A stretch of 57,676 bases of DNA, filler included, from Bipalium vagum (lineage: Eukaryota): NCBI GenBank assembly GCA_037834085.1. It is 3 parts of 3 records of this genome, joined end to end, with 100 filler letters (N's around TTAATTAATTAA, not from the genome) between each part and the next. Parts side by side here need not be neighbours in the genome. Positions count along the whole stretch, not along the records: positions 16,694 to 39,502 come from JBBMKC010216469.1; positions 39,603 to 57,676 come from JBBMKC010041404.1; 1 more part is not named here. One strand, written 5' to 3'. The first letter of the stretch is position 1; each line of letters begins with the position of its first letter. The notes under the pieces are model-generated. The model saw only the letters and a program-made list of their open reading frames with translations. It ran no database searches and was not told where the DNA came from. The translations under genes and the position numbers were made by a program. This document shows positions 38,050-51,400 of this stretch, in pieces.

Positions 38050-38210
38050 AGATGTGATTGGTTGGAAAGACATTTGTCAATGTTATAGTTGTAATTAGCC
38101 AACCATGTTTGTTTACAAAATCGGTGAAGTTTGTTTATGTTTGTTTACAAAATCGGTCAAGCATGACAGCCGATGTCAACTTTGACATAGTTTAACGTTT
38201 GTTTGTAGCA
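38050..38210 (-). promoter_or_regulatory. Candidate anosmin proximal promoter: CCAAT box plus clustered Forkhead-type motifs in a 21 bp direct repeat
   Basis: ATGTTTGTTTACAAAATCGGT at 38105-38125 and 38137-38157 (TGTTTAC cores), TGTTTAT between them, and CCAATC on the minus strand near 38056-38061. Lies 120-280 bp upstream of the ATG. Confidence 0.4.
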
Positions 38211-38519
38211 CATTGGAAAATTGATGAAAATTTTGTTGAAAAGATCATTAAGATGTATTATGATTGCCAAATTGCAAATTTAGTCATTCCTTGGACCGCG
38301 TTATCATTGAAAAACTAAAACACAAATCGATCAAGGTGGGAATAAACATATAAAATTCCATGATATGATTATTATAGACCGATGTGTTAAAATTGCAAGA
38401 TAATGTCTACTTTGCCAATTAAACTCTCTCTTATGTTTACAATTTCAATTAAATTTACACTTCATTAAACCATAAATTCTAATATTTCTTGGTACCACTG
38501 ATTGCAGGTTGAGAAAGAA

Positions 38520-39130
38520 ATTTTATAAAATATGATAATTCAAGAGATAAATGTATTAAAAAGAGTTATGTGTATTTGTATGATTCCGGCGTTTACAAAT
38601 GAGTCTAGGAGGGAATCAAAAGAATGGAAACTTTCAGGAGAGATCGGTTTAAGAAAGATGAAGATATCATCACGCAAAAAAGCCTTAATTCTCTCAATTT
38701 TTTGGGATGCTAATGGCTTGATTCTTAAAGATTTTCCTGAATCACGTGTTCATTTCAACAATGAATACTATAAATATCAACCTTGTGCGACACTGAGAAG
38801 GAAGAGAGTCTCTGAATTGTATTATCTGCATGACAACGCATCTATTAACATTAGTAGATTGGCAACAACCGCAATTAAGGATTGTGGCTTGATTTTGGTC
38901 GCACATCCTCCCTACAGTCCAGACTTGACTCCTTCCTATTTATTTTGTTCAAACATCTCAAGCGGGAACTAAGAGGTAAAAAATTTCATCAAAAGACGAT
39001 TTTAAGAAGACTGTCATTGATTATCTGAACAACAAATCTTCGATTTCTTCAAAAATGCCTTCTCGCAACATATCACTTGCTGGAAAAATTTTTTGACGTT
39101 TCTGGGAACTTAATTGAAAAAGATTAACTG
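38520..39130 (+). mobile_element. Mariner transposase remnant
   Basis: ESKEWKLSGE, SIFWDANG, YLHDNAS, HPPYSPDLTPS(DY)LF. Confidence 0.9.
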
Positions 39131-39502
39131 ACATATTCATTGTTATTAATGCAAAATTATTTTGTGATCGTTTATTGTTTTCTACCATGGGCTCAATACT
39201 TATTGAGAACACCACGTAAATATTACCTAGCTTCATTTTAATAAAAAAATCAAGATAATGTTTCTTGAAATGAGCTTTATTTCACTATAGATTGATTAAT
39301 AGTAAAAATTCAAATAAATACGAAAAATCATTATTTTATTAATTCTAAATTAAGAACCATAGAATTTTTAAACAATTTTTATTTTTCTCTTTAAAAATGA
39401 TCATTACAAAAAATGAAGAGTATTTAATAATATTTATAATAATTAAAGCATATTTGAGTAAATTGCCATAGTGATTTTCCTTATTATTATTATTATTATT
39501 AT

Positions 39503-39602
39503 NNNNNNNNNNNNNNNNNNNNNNNNNNNNNNNNNNNNNNNNNNNNTTAATTAATTAANNNNNNNNNNNNNNNNNNNNNNNNNNNNNNNNNNNNNNNNNN
39601 NN
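39503..39602. other. Artificial scaffold linker (44N-TTAATTAATTAA-44N)
   Basis: Same structure as 16594-16693. Confidence 0.95.
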
Positions 39603-40733
39603 CTTTTCAGTGCGATACAATTGATTGACATTTTAGTGATTGTTTGGAATATTTTGTATTGTTGTTGAAGCAATAAAGTGTTGTATTTAGTTGTTGATTC
39701 ATTCAAATGCGTACACGTATATGAACAAGTGAAGGGGTCAGTAACGTTTCGAGCTAAGGTTACGACTGGGTTTATAGTGAAATAATATCGTAACAAAATA
39801 AAAATAAAATAAAAATAATAGATTATATGATTTTGGATGACAGCCGCTGAAAAATATCTAAATGGCATTCGTTGATATTGTAATCACAACTGGGGTGGCT
39901 CTCGTTGAAGGAGTATATGAGATTTGACGAATTTAAAAGAATGCTTGATTTTGTTAATTTTTTCGTTATTGTCTCCATGGGACTGCTGTGCTATTGGCTC
40001 CTTCAATGTCTGTTTTCTTTTTCATGCCTACATCTTGTGTTTTGGAATTTCGCATCGTAGATGTGCCATGTAGACAGTCTTTTGAGATAGAAAAGGAACC
40101 TTGAAGCTAGATTTTACTGAAGAAATAAAAAATTCAGATTACTACAATAATCTCTTATTTGATGACCTAGCCAGAATCTTTTTTGCTCCACCGTAACGCT
40201 TCTATTCACACATCAAGGAAATCCCAAGAAACATTACCAAAAGCTAGGTCTATGAAGCTGGACTACTCCCTTTAAAATTTGGATCTCGCACCAAGAAATT
40301 TCTGTTTGTTGAACTTTCTGAAGAAACATATGCGAGGACAAAAAAATCATTCAAAGGATGATATGAAGTATTATGTACCAAATTTATCATGGAAAGAATC
40401 AAATTTTCTTTGAAAATTGGCTTTAATGAAATGATCGACCATTTACTGTGTCGATGTAAACGGCAGTTATATCACGAAATCAGACCTTTGCATGTAATGC
40501 TTCTTTTCCAGAAAATTCAATTGGTGAGATGTTATGATTTTAAAATAAACGTTAAGCAGAAGGTTATTATGAATCAAAGTGGTTAAAATTTTATGATAAA
40601 GAATGATAATCGATTGTAATATTGTTGAAGGAGAATTTTATAATGGTAGAAGAACAAATATCATTTTTGACTTTCCTAAAAACAATGTTAAAATATTATT
40701 TAGAATTTGTTACTATTTTCCCTAATCAAAATA

Positions 40734-41180
40734 TGTAACTTTATCTAGAACTTCACTAGCTCCTAATTTCTTTAATGTTGTGCTCGTACACAGCTACACA
40801 ATTTTGAACTCACTTAGATCAAATAAAAAAATAAAAAAATAAAACTTTATTACACTTAAAACAGTTTACACTAAGAGAACTCACAAAAATCCCAAAAAAT
40901 GTCTGAAAAATCAAAAGTCAAATATTAATCAAATGTCTGAATGAAATGAAATACAGTTAATAATTAAATCAAGTTCAAAAATAGCACGAAAGAATAAAAT
41001 GATTAAATGTCAGAATCGAATGAAATATTAATAAAAAGACAATTAAAATAAAGAAAATAAACAAATGAAAAACAATCCCCTCACTCGGAGGTAAAATGGA
41101 TTCCAGGGTCGTCCTGTATGTCCTTTTCAGTCCCTTGTGGATTCTCAAGCTCGAAAGGCCCATTGTAAAATCATGTTACA
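40734..41180 (-). mobile_element. Probable solo LTR (447 bp)
   Basis: Begins TGTAAC and ends GTTACA (TG..CA with terminal inverted repeat, extending to 12 bp with the flanks). AATAAA on the minus strand near 40845-40850. No 4-6 bp direct TSD outside TG..CA, only TA. Confidence 0.5.
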
Positions 41181-41439
41181 TATTTTTAACCATAAAATAT
41201 TTAACCTAAAAAATGAAATCTTAGGATTTATCGAAAATTGTAAATTCTGTATCGTCTTTTTCTTCTTCTTCTTCTCTTCGAATTATAGTCTTGTCTTTTA
41301 GATTTCTTGAAATCCTTTTCTTCAAAGAAAAAATAATTTTCTTTCAATAAATAATAAAGAATCGTAGTATCTTCTTTTTTGGGCGAATTCCTGGAGATAA
41401 CCGTCTCTTTATGTAGTACATATTTGAAATTTGGTTATA

Positions 41440-42200
41440 AAAATCTTGTAGACTTGTGTAATTCATTTACTTCATTAAAGTTTTCTCGTTGGATATAATC
41501 ATAAGGATAAACTACATTCTTGGGTAAAAGATTGTATTCATGTTTAGATGTATCTTTCAATATTTTTCATATTTTTTTTCAATTGTCCTTGTAGGATCCA
41601 TTTATAATTTTTTAATTTATCATAATGAGTCTTAAAATCTAATATCTTTAAAGCCAAAACTAATATAAATTGCATCAGTATTGGTGATCATATTTACTTC
41701 CAATATGAAAATAAATGGAATGACAAAGTTTTTAATATTTTTATCATTTATATTAAAAATTACTTACAATTATTAAGAGCTGCTTCTATATCTTTCGTTT
41801 AAATGATCATAATCTAGAACTTTATCCTCTTCTAAATCTTCTTGACAATGTAAAGACTTTAAAGAATTTGAATAATTTTTTCATCTTCAGATATAGTTAT
41901 TCTATTTTTATAATAATTTTTTGTCTTTCTTACTATATATGATAAGTCATTATTTATCTCATTACTGCAATAAATAAAAACCTCTAAAACGCTTTTTCCA
42001 TGAAATTCACAATATTTTGAGTCATATAATTAGATTTAATATAAATTCCTAAAGGAAGTTGTTCAGATATCAATTTTCTATTATATAAAATATTTTCATT
42101 TATGTGTATTATAACATTCAAAATCACTGTAAATTACAAATGATATTTTATTTCCAAAATAATGACTTTTAAATTTGAGTTTGCTATTTGAAGTGTAGTA
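41440..42200 (-). pseudogene. Fragment of a Maverick/Polinton (adintovirus-like) protein-primed DNA polymerase B
   Basis: Ordered minus-strand motifs across frameshifts: FVIYSDFEC; HCQEDLEEDKVLDYDHLNERYR/AALNNC (KVRDHDHxxGxYRGAAHxxCN-like); FHIGSKYDH (FHNxxxYDxH); YISFGFKDIRF*DS (YISF..RFIDS); LLPKNVVYPYDYI (LLxxKGVYPYEY). Confidence 0.78.
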
Positions 42201-45144
42201 GTAACATATAATTACTATGAGTATTTCACAAGTTACTATTATTTGTGGTCCGTGCTTCACCAAATTCTCTTGATTGATGCTTTTGGGTAAATCCATCAAT
42301 ATTATCGGTCTACAAATACTGAGATCAAGTGGAACTATCTTCACTAAGACAATTAAAAATTTCAAAGATTTTATTCATTCATCACTCCTACAGACGAATT
42401 ATTATTAATTCTGATTTTTGAATTCAGGAGAAATGATTATGCCCAGATTATCAATTATGATGGAGCAGCTGACGGCGATGCAGAATGGAAGAATATGATT
42501 ACTTTGAAGTGAAATATAAAGCAACTCTGCTGAAATTTTGTTTTGATAAAAGACGAAATGATCCAGCTCCAGAAAAAGTTTAATGAAACCAGATAGGACT
42601 CTAAATTTTTTTGTAAGAGTCCATGATAAACTTGATTACTCAGCTGTGTCATATGCAATTTTTTTGAAAATGAAGAGAAAATGTTTGATACAGCTACATG
42701 AAACCGGGAGTAAGAGTAATACCACAATGAAAAATGTTTGTTTGAAAAACCAGATGACAATTACGTTAATCCATATTAGAAATTTGTTACAAAAATAAAG
42801 TACATCATTTCCAATACAAAACTTTTATTCATTAGATACACTAATACTTACAAAGATCAACGCAGAGTTTTAAATTAATGTGATAGATAGTTAATACACT
42901 CGATAAATGACCCTATTAGTAAATTCGATCAAGAGGTTCATTGATAATATTGAACATCAAATACCTTTTCGCCTAATGGATGATAAAGATTAGTGAGTTC
43001 CACAAATATTATTCTCACCATGATTGTTTTCTACTTTTCATAATACTTATTAACTGGGAAACATGCTTTTTAATTGCCAGCAAATATCTTAGCTCAATGC
43101 GAGGTAGAGCTTAATGAATGATTGATACCATTCAGAAGTCGAAGGATAATCACTAAAGGAAACATGCCGGATATCATATAGTGGAGTAACAAGACGCAAA
43201 ATTGACTGACTAAAAATAATATATAATCAAAAACGTAACGAAATACCCAACGATTAACAATCCAGCTACATGAGCGTCCCACATCAAGAAAAAGCTGGTC
43301 GATGGTCATTGACCTGGCGGAATTTCTTAATTGATTGGGTAAATCGAGAGATTTCAATGTCGCATAAATAAATGATGTTAATACTTAAACCCATAATATT
43401 TACGACGATTTAATAAACAAAAGAGATGTGTATTTTAATTGAACAAAACGTGCAAGAACATAATCCATTAGTGAGAATATCAATGATTTAACAAATTAAA
43501 AAAGAATATATGTGGAAAATAATTTTTTACCTTGAGTTTTTTTTAGTAAAATATAATTTATTTATTTCAATTTCCAATTTTCAAAAAAATATTTATTGGT
43601 GATTTTCACAACTAAAAATCGATAAATGAACTTTAATCAAATTTAAATGTGATCAATGTTAAAGTTTGGCTTATTGTGATATCACACATTACTCACTTTA
43701 ATGAATAATTAAGTAGTAAATTCAGTTCACAATTTAATTATTGAACGTTGGGTAAAAATAAGACGAAATATTGAGCTGCAGAAAAGTGTTACGAAAGTTT
43801 TAACAATACATATGGGTCATTGTAAAAATTATAATGAAAGACACCCAAAAATTACCGTTCACACTGAACTTTTTATTGAAATGTTAACTCTCTTTCATTT
43901 CTGACTGGATAATAACGTTTCCTAAATAAACATTACTCATTGATCCTTTCGTTTTAAAATAGAGGCCTCTTATTAAGAGTTGTTCATTTAAATGGCAACA
44001 TATTTCAATGATTGAATGTTTCAATAAAACCAAATCTGTAAACAAAGCAAAAATACAAAGAATAAGTCTTCAATCCTGAAAAAGACGATCATTAATCGTA
44101 AATCCGCAAAAAAAATTTGTTATACAGTAAAAAGGTATTGATATGGAATCTTTATTTCCAGATCATAAATGCAGATAAATATAGAAAGAATACGACAATA
44201 TTTTCATATGAAATTGTTTTAATCTTTCGACAGTCGTTGACACCCAACGTGGACTTTTTACTGCAACATACAGACTGGCTGCACACAGACACACCAACAA
44301 ATTGTACACACGTCTCACATTTATCCAATATGACAAATTCATTATTACGTTTTCATTATTGATATTTGTACGACACGAAATTAATTTTTGTGAAGCTTAC
44401 ACAATAGTCATTATCAGCAGTAGAATAAAATCTAATGAAAACCTGCACTGTCAAAATAAAAAGCATGAAAGCCGTAGTAAAACAAATCCAACTAATTACA
44501 CCGCCTACAACGCGTGTTCATAACAACGAGGCTTTTGTTTTTTTTTCATTAACAAATGTTCACTGGAGCTTCTAAAATAACTAATTCAATGAAACAAAGT
44601 TGTCAATAAAAGTAAACGTTTCCATTCAGTTAAGATTTCTTAAAAAATAATTTCAGCGATGTACAAATACGAAAATGTTTACTGAATGTTAATATTTAAT
44701 TCACTTTAAACATGTACCTATTTAGAGCCAAAAACAAAATTTTTATAAAAAAAAACAAAAATCAAAGATATTAAAAATGATTACATCCGACTTCTTCTCG
44801 AATAATAGGATCCAAGCAACAAACTCCATACTAAAATTTCGGTTTCAGATACGTACTATACCAAAATTAAAGATACAATACGACAAGTAAATTATTATTC
44901 CAAAGTCTTTAATAAAGCTATTTCCAAATTAACAAGTGATTATTAGATATTGAATTAAATTTAGAAAAAACGTTCACTTAATCCATTTGTAAAACTCCAA
45001 TATTTTCAATGGTGACAATTAATGATAAATGACAATTGTAATGTTAAAATATTCCTGATTATAATATTTTACTAAATAATTTCCATTATTTAAGATAATA
45101 AAAAGAAATAATTAATTTCCAATATGCATAGCAAGATAAATTTT

Positions 45145-45275
45145 GTAAACAGTCGCCATTTTGTTAAACAGTTATTCTTCATAGGACATCATTATTTTCT
45201 ATCTTGAATAATGATTGTTGTACATATTCCGACCAATGAAAACTTTACACACTAAACAACAAAACTTGGTAAGAA
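45145..45275 (+). promoter_or_regulatory. Candidate spen promoter / non-coding first exon
   Basis: GTAAACA (Forkhead-type) next to CGCCATTTT (YY1-type, 45154-45162), then a strong donor G|GTAAGA at 45268/45269 upstream of the coding ATG. Confidence 0.35.
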
Positions 45276-45496
45276 AAATAAACGTTTCTCATCGATACTT
45301 GTACGATGTGTGTATGTAGTTATGTTATTTTGGTAGAATATATTATTGATTTTTAATAGAATCAATTATACATACATATTAATTTCGAGATTACTCTATT
45401 TTAACTTTTGTAAATAATTTCTAATTTTGTGATCTATAGATTTGGATATATAGCGCATCTTTTATGTTTGCTTGAGTGGAATAAGTTCTAGTTGTA

Positions 45497-48400
45497 ATGA
45501 AAATCACTCGATATTTATGGATTAATAATTTACCAAACAATTGTGAAGAAAACGAAATTCGCCAAACATTTCAAAGGTAAGTTGTTATGAATTCCGTTTA
45601 AAAACAATCGCTGTGGATTTAAATCGACTAAACAAGAAAGCAATCGACATTTTTCTTTATTGTCTGATTAATTGTATCAAAATTAAGTCATGGAAAAATC
45701 CAAACCATAAGGATCCACAAAAACAACAATGCTCGTGGAGCGATAGTTGCATTTATCGATTGTAAATCATCAACAAAGGCCTATGATAATGTTAAAACCC
45801 TAATGGATATGCCTTTGAAATTGGAGTATTGCGAAGCCAGTGGCGAGCCTGGTATTAATTTGTTAGGAAATAATGACAGTAGCTCAGATAATCAAAAGTA
45901 TATTTATGATATTGCAATGACGGTGATCGTTTTTTTATTATCAATATTATAGAACAAATGAAAAAAGCAATTATAAATCAGTAAAAACCAGTATTTCTTC
46001 AAGATCAAGAAGCAATAGTAGCAACACCAGCAGTTTTGGATCATCTATCGACGACTGTTCCAAGTAAGTCAGTTTTTTGTAAAGGTCTTAGCGTGTCATT
46101 GATTAATCAAAATCTTTTCAAATGGTTTCTGTTAGCGACGATTAAAAATCGATTATTATTATACATCAATCAATCAATACTAATAAATGTATTAAATGGC
46201 TGTGTGGATAATTGTTGTCATCTTCAATAAATGATGATAATTAATTCAAGGTATCCTGGAATTCAAACAGTCAAACGATCAAATGAGACTAACAATAATC
46301 TTGACTCGACCAAATCTGACAGAAGTCAAAAGTTGGAGAATTCTTCTGATTTCGTCACCAATGATAAGCAGTGCTTGAATAAAGATCTTTGTGGACTGCT
46401 CATTGAAAACTTGTCACAACGCTCTTCGGACACTAGTTTAAGAGAAGGCCTGTTTCATGAATATAAAAAGCATGGGAAAATTACTTCCGTTACCGTCATG
46501 GGTCAAGCGAGTAGTCGTTATGCAATTATATCTTTCAAACGTAGCGAAGATATGGAAAAAGCATTCGAGGCATCTCAGGGAAAGATATTTTTCGGCAGCC
46601 AAATCAAAGCTAAACAACACAATGGATTCAATTACATCGATCCAGATCTGTGTCCACCAGAACACGCTATGGATGAATATCACCCAAAAGCAACGAAAAC
46701 GTTGTTTGTCGGCAAATTGACTACGGGCTCGGTCACGGAAGCCGATCTGAAGAAGTCTTTCAAAAAATATGGTGAAATAATAGTTAGCAAATATAATTGA
46801 TAATGAAAAATTGATTATATATATATCGTTTTTTTCATATAGGACATTGATATCAAGACCCAGAGCAATCAACCTGATACGTCATTTGCTTTCGTTCAGT
46901 ATTATGACATTTCCAGCGTTGTTAGAGCATTGCGTAACCAGGATAATATTAAAATCGATAACAAATCTGTAAAATTGGGTTTTGGTAAAAGTCAACCGAC
47001 AAATTGTCTGTGGATTGGAAATTTGCAACGAAATGCCACAGATGCTTTTCTCAGACGACATTTCCGAAGATATGGACCGATTGTTTTGGTGATTCCTGAT
47101 CCGGAATATTCGTGTGCAATTGTTCAGTTTGATTGTGTTGAAGATGCTCAGAGAGCGTTGGCAGATACTCGTGATAGGTCCAATGGAAACAATAACAACA
47201 GTAACAGAAAAATGCAAGTCGACTATGCCAGCAATGAGTACCAAATGGCTTTTATGAATCGATTGCGGAAATCTTGTCAGTTCGATTCGCATGATTTGTT
47301 GAAAAATTATGCTGATCCATATCAGTTTGTTTTTTTCTATAATCATTTGACTTTTTAATTGATTTATTGTAAAATGAAATTAGAGTTTTATCTTGTCTGT
47401 CTGATTTACACGATTTGTTGAAATAAAATTATGGTATTTTTCTATAATAAATTTATGTTCATTATTGATTTATTTTAAAATTGAAATTTTTTTTATAGGA
47501 CGGAAAAAATTCAAAATCTGCTCATATCGTACACGAAATATTTGGGATTGCTTGAAGAAACCAGACCACAATCATACGAAAGATTTGATAACAAGAGCGA
47601 TTATGAGGATTATGATGAAATGTATTCTGGGCGCAATTCCAGACACAGAAAATCAGGTGGGAACCAACGAATTTATGGCGAAGACGATTACAGCGATGAT
47701 TATCGATTTTCGAAGCAAAATTCTCGACATTATGATGATTATTCGCCACCAACTCATTCGGCCGTTCGTTATTCTAGGTCTAGTCAAAAATTCACAGATC
47801 AATACACAAACAATTCCCGCAAATCCTCAAATTACAGATATAACGACGAATATTATGATTCCAAGCATGATTCGATATCAAATTCCAATAATTACTATCA
47901 GCACAGACGAAACAGTCCTGACCCTTTCATGTATTCTTCAAATCATAATCGCAGTTATAGCCCGTCTCCATCACAATCGTCAGTGGAATATTGTGTTGAT
48001 AGCTCTCGATATAATACATCATCAAAACGCTATAGACATACAAGCAAAGATTACGGATCCAGTCGTTGTCATGATGATAGAAATCAAAGATTTGATCGTA
48101 GTCCCGAAACCAGGTCCTGGAACAAATCAAATCGATACGATTATGACAATTATAACAATAACAGTCGATATCGATCGAAATCCGGCAGCAGGTCACGTTT
48201 GTCAGGTAGTAACTCTCCTCATTCGCGACATTCGATCAGTCAACATCGAGTCTATCGAAGTGATTCTGTTGTCAAGACCAGCCGATCACGTAAAATCAAT
48301 AATTCTGAGAAAAGTCGTCTGTCATCTGTGCAAAAAAATAATCTGAAAGCGAACAACAACGTTAAACTGTCGGGAACAATATCTGGATCTAATTACAGCA

Positions 48401-51400
48401 GTAATAACAATAAGCTTAATGCCAAAGATCAATCGGGAATTGGAGCAGTGGATCTACCATCGAAATCGTTGTCATTATCGTCATCATCATCCAATACAGG
48501 TTCTGTCAATATTTCCACCATAGCAGGCGGTAGCACATCTGCGTCACAATCGGCCGACACGCTTTCAAAGCTGGAAAGAGAACGAGCAAAATTATTGCAG
48601 GAATTGTCAATGTTGAGTGAAGAGGCATCTATTGTGGCCACTAACAATAAATTGATGAAAGGATCCGTAAAACCGACTTCAAATTCATCGGGATGTTCCT
48701 CAATTGTCGTCGGTGAGATCGATGCAAAATCCAGCAGCATAAAATCAGTAAAGAAACACGTCTCACCAATTTCATCGAGTGATACTATTCATTCGACCAA
48801 AAGATCGAGGTTAGTTTGAAAATCTTTCTCTTGTTTTTCGTTGAATTGATGTTTATTTTAGCAATATCGGTAATGGTAATGTAATTAACAGTGATTCAAA
48901 CAAATCATCAATGACGCATACCGATTTTAAATCGTCGAAAAGTTCTTGTGATCCTGAAATAGTCGTTAAAGTCGAAGAAGGTATTGATAAAAATCAATTT
49001 GCTCCGTCTGTTACGACTATTGATGCCGTACCAATCAAATTGGAATCACGGGAATTATTGTCTTCAATCTCATCGATTTTGGATGATGTCAATCAAGTTC
49101 CCACCATCAGTGGTAATAATAATAGTAGTAATAACACTCTAGCTTTGGATTTATTTGCACCGGAATCTTCAGTGGCTTTGTCCAGCTCTCATATGTCTAA
49201 TCCTCAAATTCCGTTGGATTCATCCTGTTCCACCGAATCAATTGGTGGATCTGGATCTACATCGTGTCGTGATCCCAGATTGATCGGCTCTACCTACAGT
49301 CTCCCCCGTTCTCTGTCCACAAGTTCGTACTGTTCACTCTCGTCACCGTCAATTGATAGAAATGTTTTGTGTCTGAAACAACCTCTGACAACCTGTACTA
49401 CGTGGATTGAATCCTCTGCCAGTTCCAGCAGTGCTTCGGTGTCTTTGATCTCAAATACTGGGGCGTCGATCGGTATAAATTCCTCGATCAGTTGTGCCAG
49501 TTACAAGGATTGTACCAGTGATTCGGATCTCGAACATTTCAACAATATCGATTCTGAACTCGACAAACGGATCAGAGAACTCGATGCGAAACTTAATCGA
49601 TCAGAACAAACAGCACGGACGCACGATTACAGTAAATTTCGTATTCGCAAAAAAATCTGTGACACCATTGGGAATTGTTCAACTGTTTCATCATCGTTAA
49701 GCAGTGGATTAATTTCATCTCCTACCTGTCTCTCTACGCTTAGCTCTTCATCATTACCAATGACCACGACCACTATCCTCGATGTGATTGGATATTCAAG
49801 TCTAAACCGAGACAATACGTCCAACACATCGGAATTCATCAAAACCATGCTCAACCAAACGAAACCCAAAAATTATCACTTATTGACCGATGTGACACCT
49901 TTTAGTGATCATTTGGCTACGAATTATTCATCGATCATCTCCACCAATCCCCCATCGCTTTCGTTTGGAACTGTTGATTTGGGAGCTAATGACATTGAAC
50001 GTCGAACTTTGTTTTCCCGTTACAACTCTGTCACCTCAATGAGTCTGTCGTCGCTCGATTTGAAACTCAACGTTGACACTACGCAATTGAGCCCTCCCAT
50101 CAGCAATACGTACAGCTCAAAAAGCGTGTCTGCCGCCAGCAGTTGTTCCATAAGCAGTTCGAAAATACCTAACACTTTGACCATTTCTCCAACGACCAGT
50201 GTCAATAGCACAAAATCTACACCGACTATTATTCACGAAATCAATCAACCCATGAAATCGATACTTAAAAAATCTGCCCCGCCCATACTGACAAGCAGCA
50301 GTGGCAGTGTGAAATTATCGGATTTATCCACATCTGTTAAGTGTAAACCCACACAATCGTCTCAGGATTGTAATGTCATGGGTTCTCTGGTGCAGAGCGG
50401 TAGCACCAACAGCAATAGCATTATTAATGCAAAATCACAGTCCAAAAAACCGACTTCTAATTCTATGAAACGAAAATCACAATCAGAATCGGAAGACAGT
50501 ATTGAATATTCCAAACCCTGTAAAAAACTCAAAGCCGAGTACGGGCCTGTATTGGACACTACTTTCTTTCAGACCTATCCGTCAACGCCGGTTAAAAAAG
50601 CGAAAAGATCGACGAAAAATCTGTTCAACTCGACATCGTCTTTATATTCCAAATACGAGAACAATAGCAACAGCAATCAGAACACGTCCAAAAAAATATC
50701 CTCCAGTTCCACGTCGTCCTCGTCAACAGTAAACATTGCCGATTATAGCGGGAGTAGCAAAAAAATCGATATCGAAAAACTAGGTGTGTCTAAAAAACCA
50801 GGGAAAATTAACCAATCAAATCACGTTAATCTAAAAACGTCAAATTTATACAAAGACAATAAGAAATCAAGTTCTAAATTATCGATCAATAAAAAGGTGA
50901 AATCAAAAGTCAATATAAAACCGGTAAATAGAAAGAATAAACCAAGCAAAGCTGAAAAGGTCAAAAAGTCATCAAAACGAAGTAAAGATCGAAAATTTTA
51001 CGAAAACCTAATCAGTATTGATACGAAAGAACAAATTGAAGATGAGAACAATGACGATTTGAGCGAGTTTGATGACGATTTTGACAAAGAAGACAGTGTT
51101 TCATCGGATAACGGTGATTATGAATCAATGTATGACAAGATCAAGCGAAGAAACAGTAAAAAGGCGGTCCTATCAAATAAAAAGCGTCGAATCAAGAAAC
51201 AGAATTCTCTCACAAATGCAACCAGTTCCGATGCAGTCGATAGCGAAGACAGCGAATATTGGATAAGCAAATCTAACAAAAAATGTTCTCCCATCAAACG
51301 AAAGCGAGCGCGCATGTCAGATTTGAGTAGCAGTCACTTTTCCGACACAAATTCCTGCAAGACAACTCCGTGTGGAAAATCGCAAGAGCCGCAGTTTTCT

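Noticed and set aside
40280-40295. TGGTGCGAGATCC on the minus strand as a retrotransposon primer-binding site
   Set aside because: It is not adjacent to a CA-ending LTR and no gag-like ORF follows.
37932-45496. Shared bidirectional promoter for anosmin and spen
   Set aside because: The starts are more than 7.5 kb apart and are separated by TE debris and an artificial scaffold join.
47465-48346. 293 aa alternative-frame ORF overlapping spen exon 6
   Set aside because: It starts at a TTG inside the intron, and its I/T/M-rich composition is what shifting a Y/D/R/S-rich frame produces. No recognisable domain.
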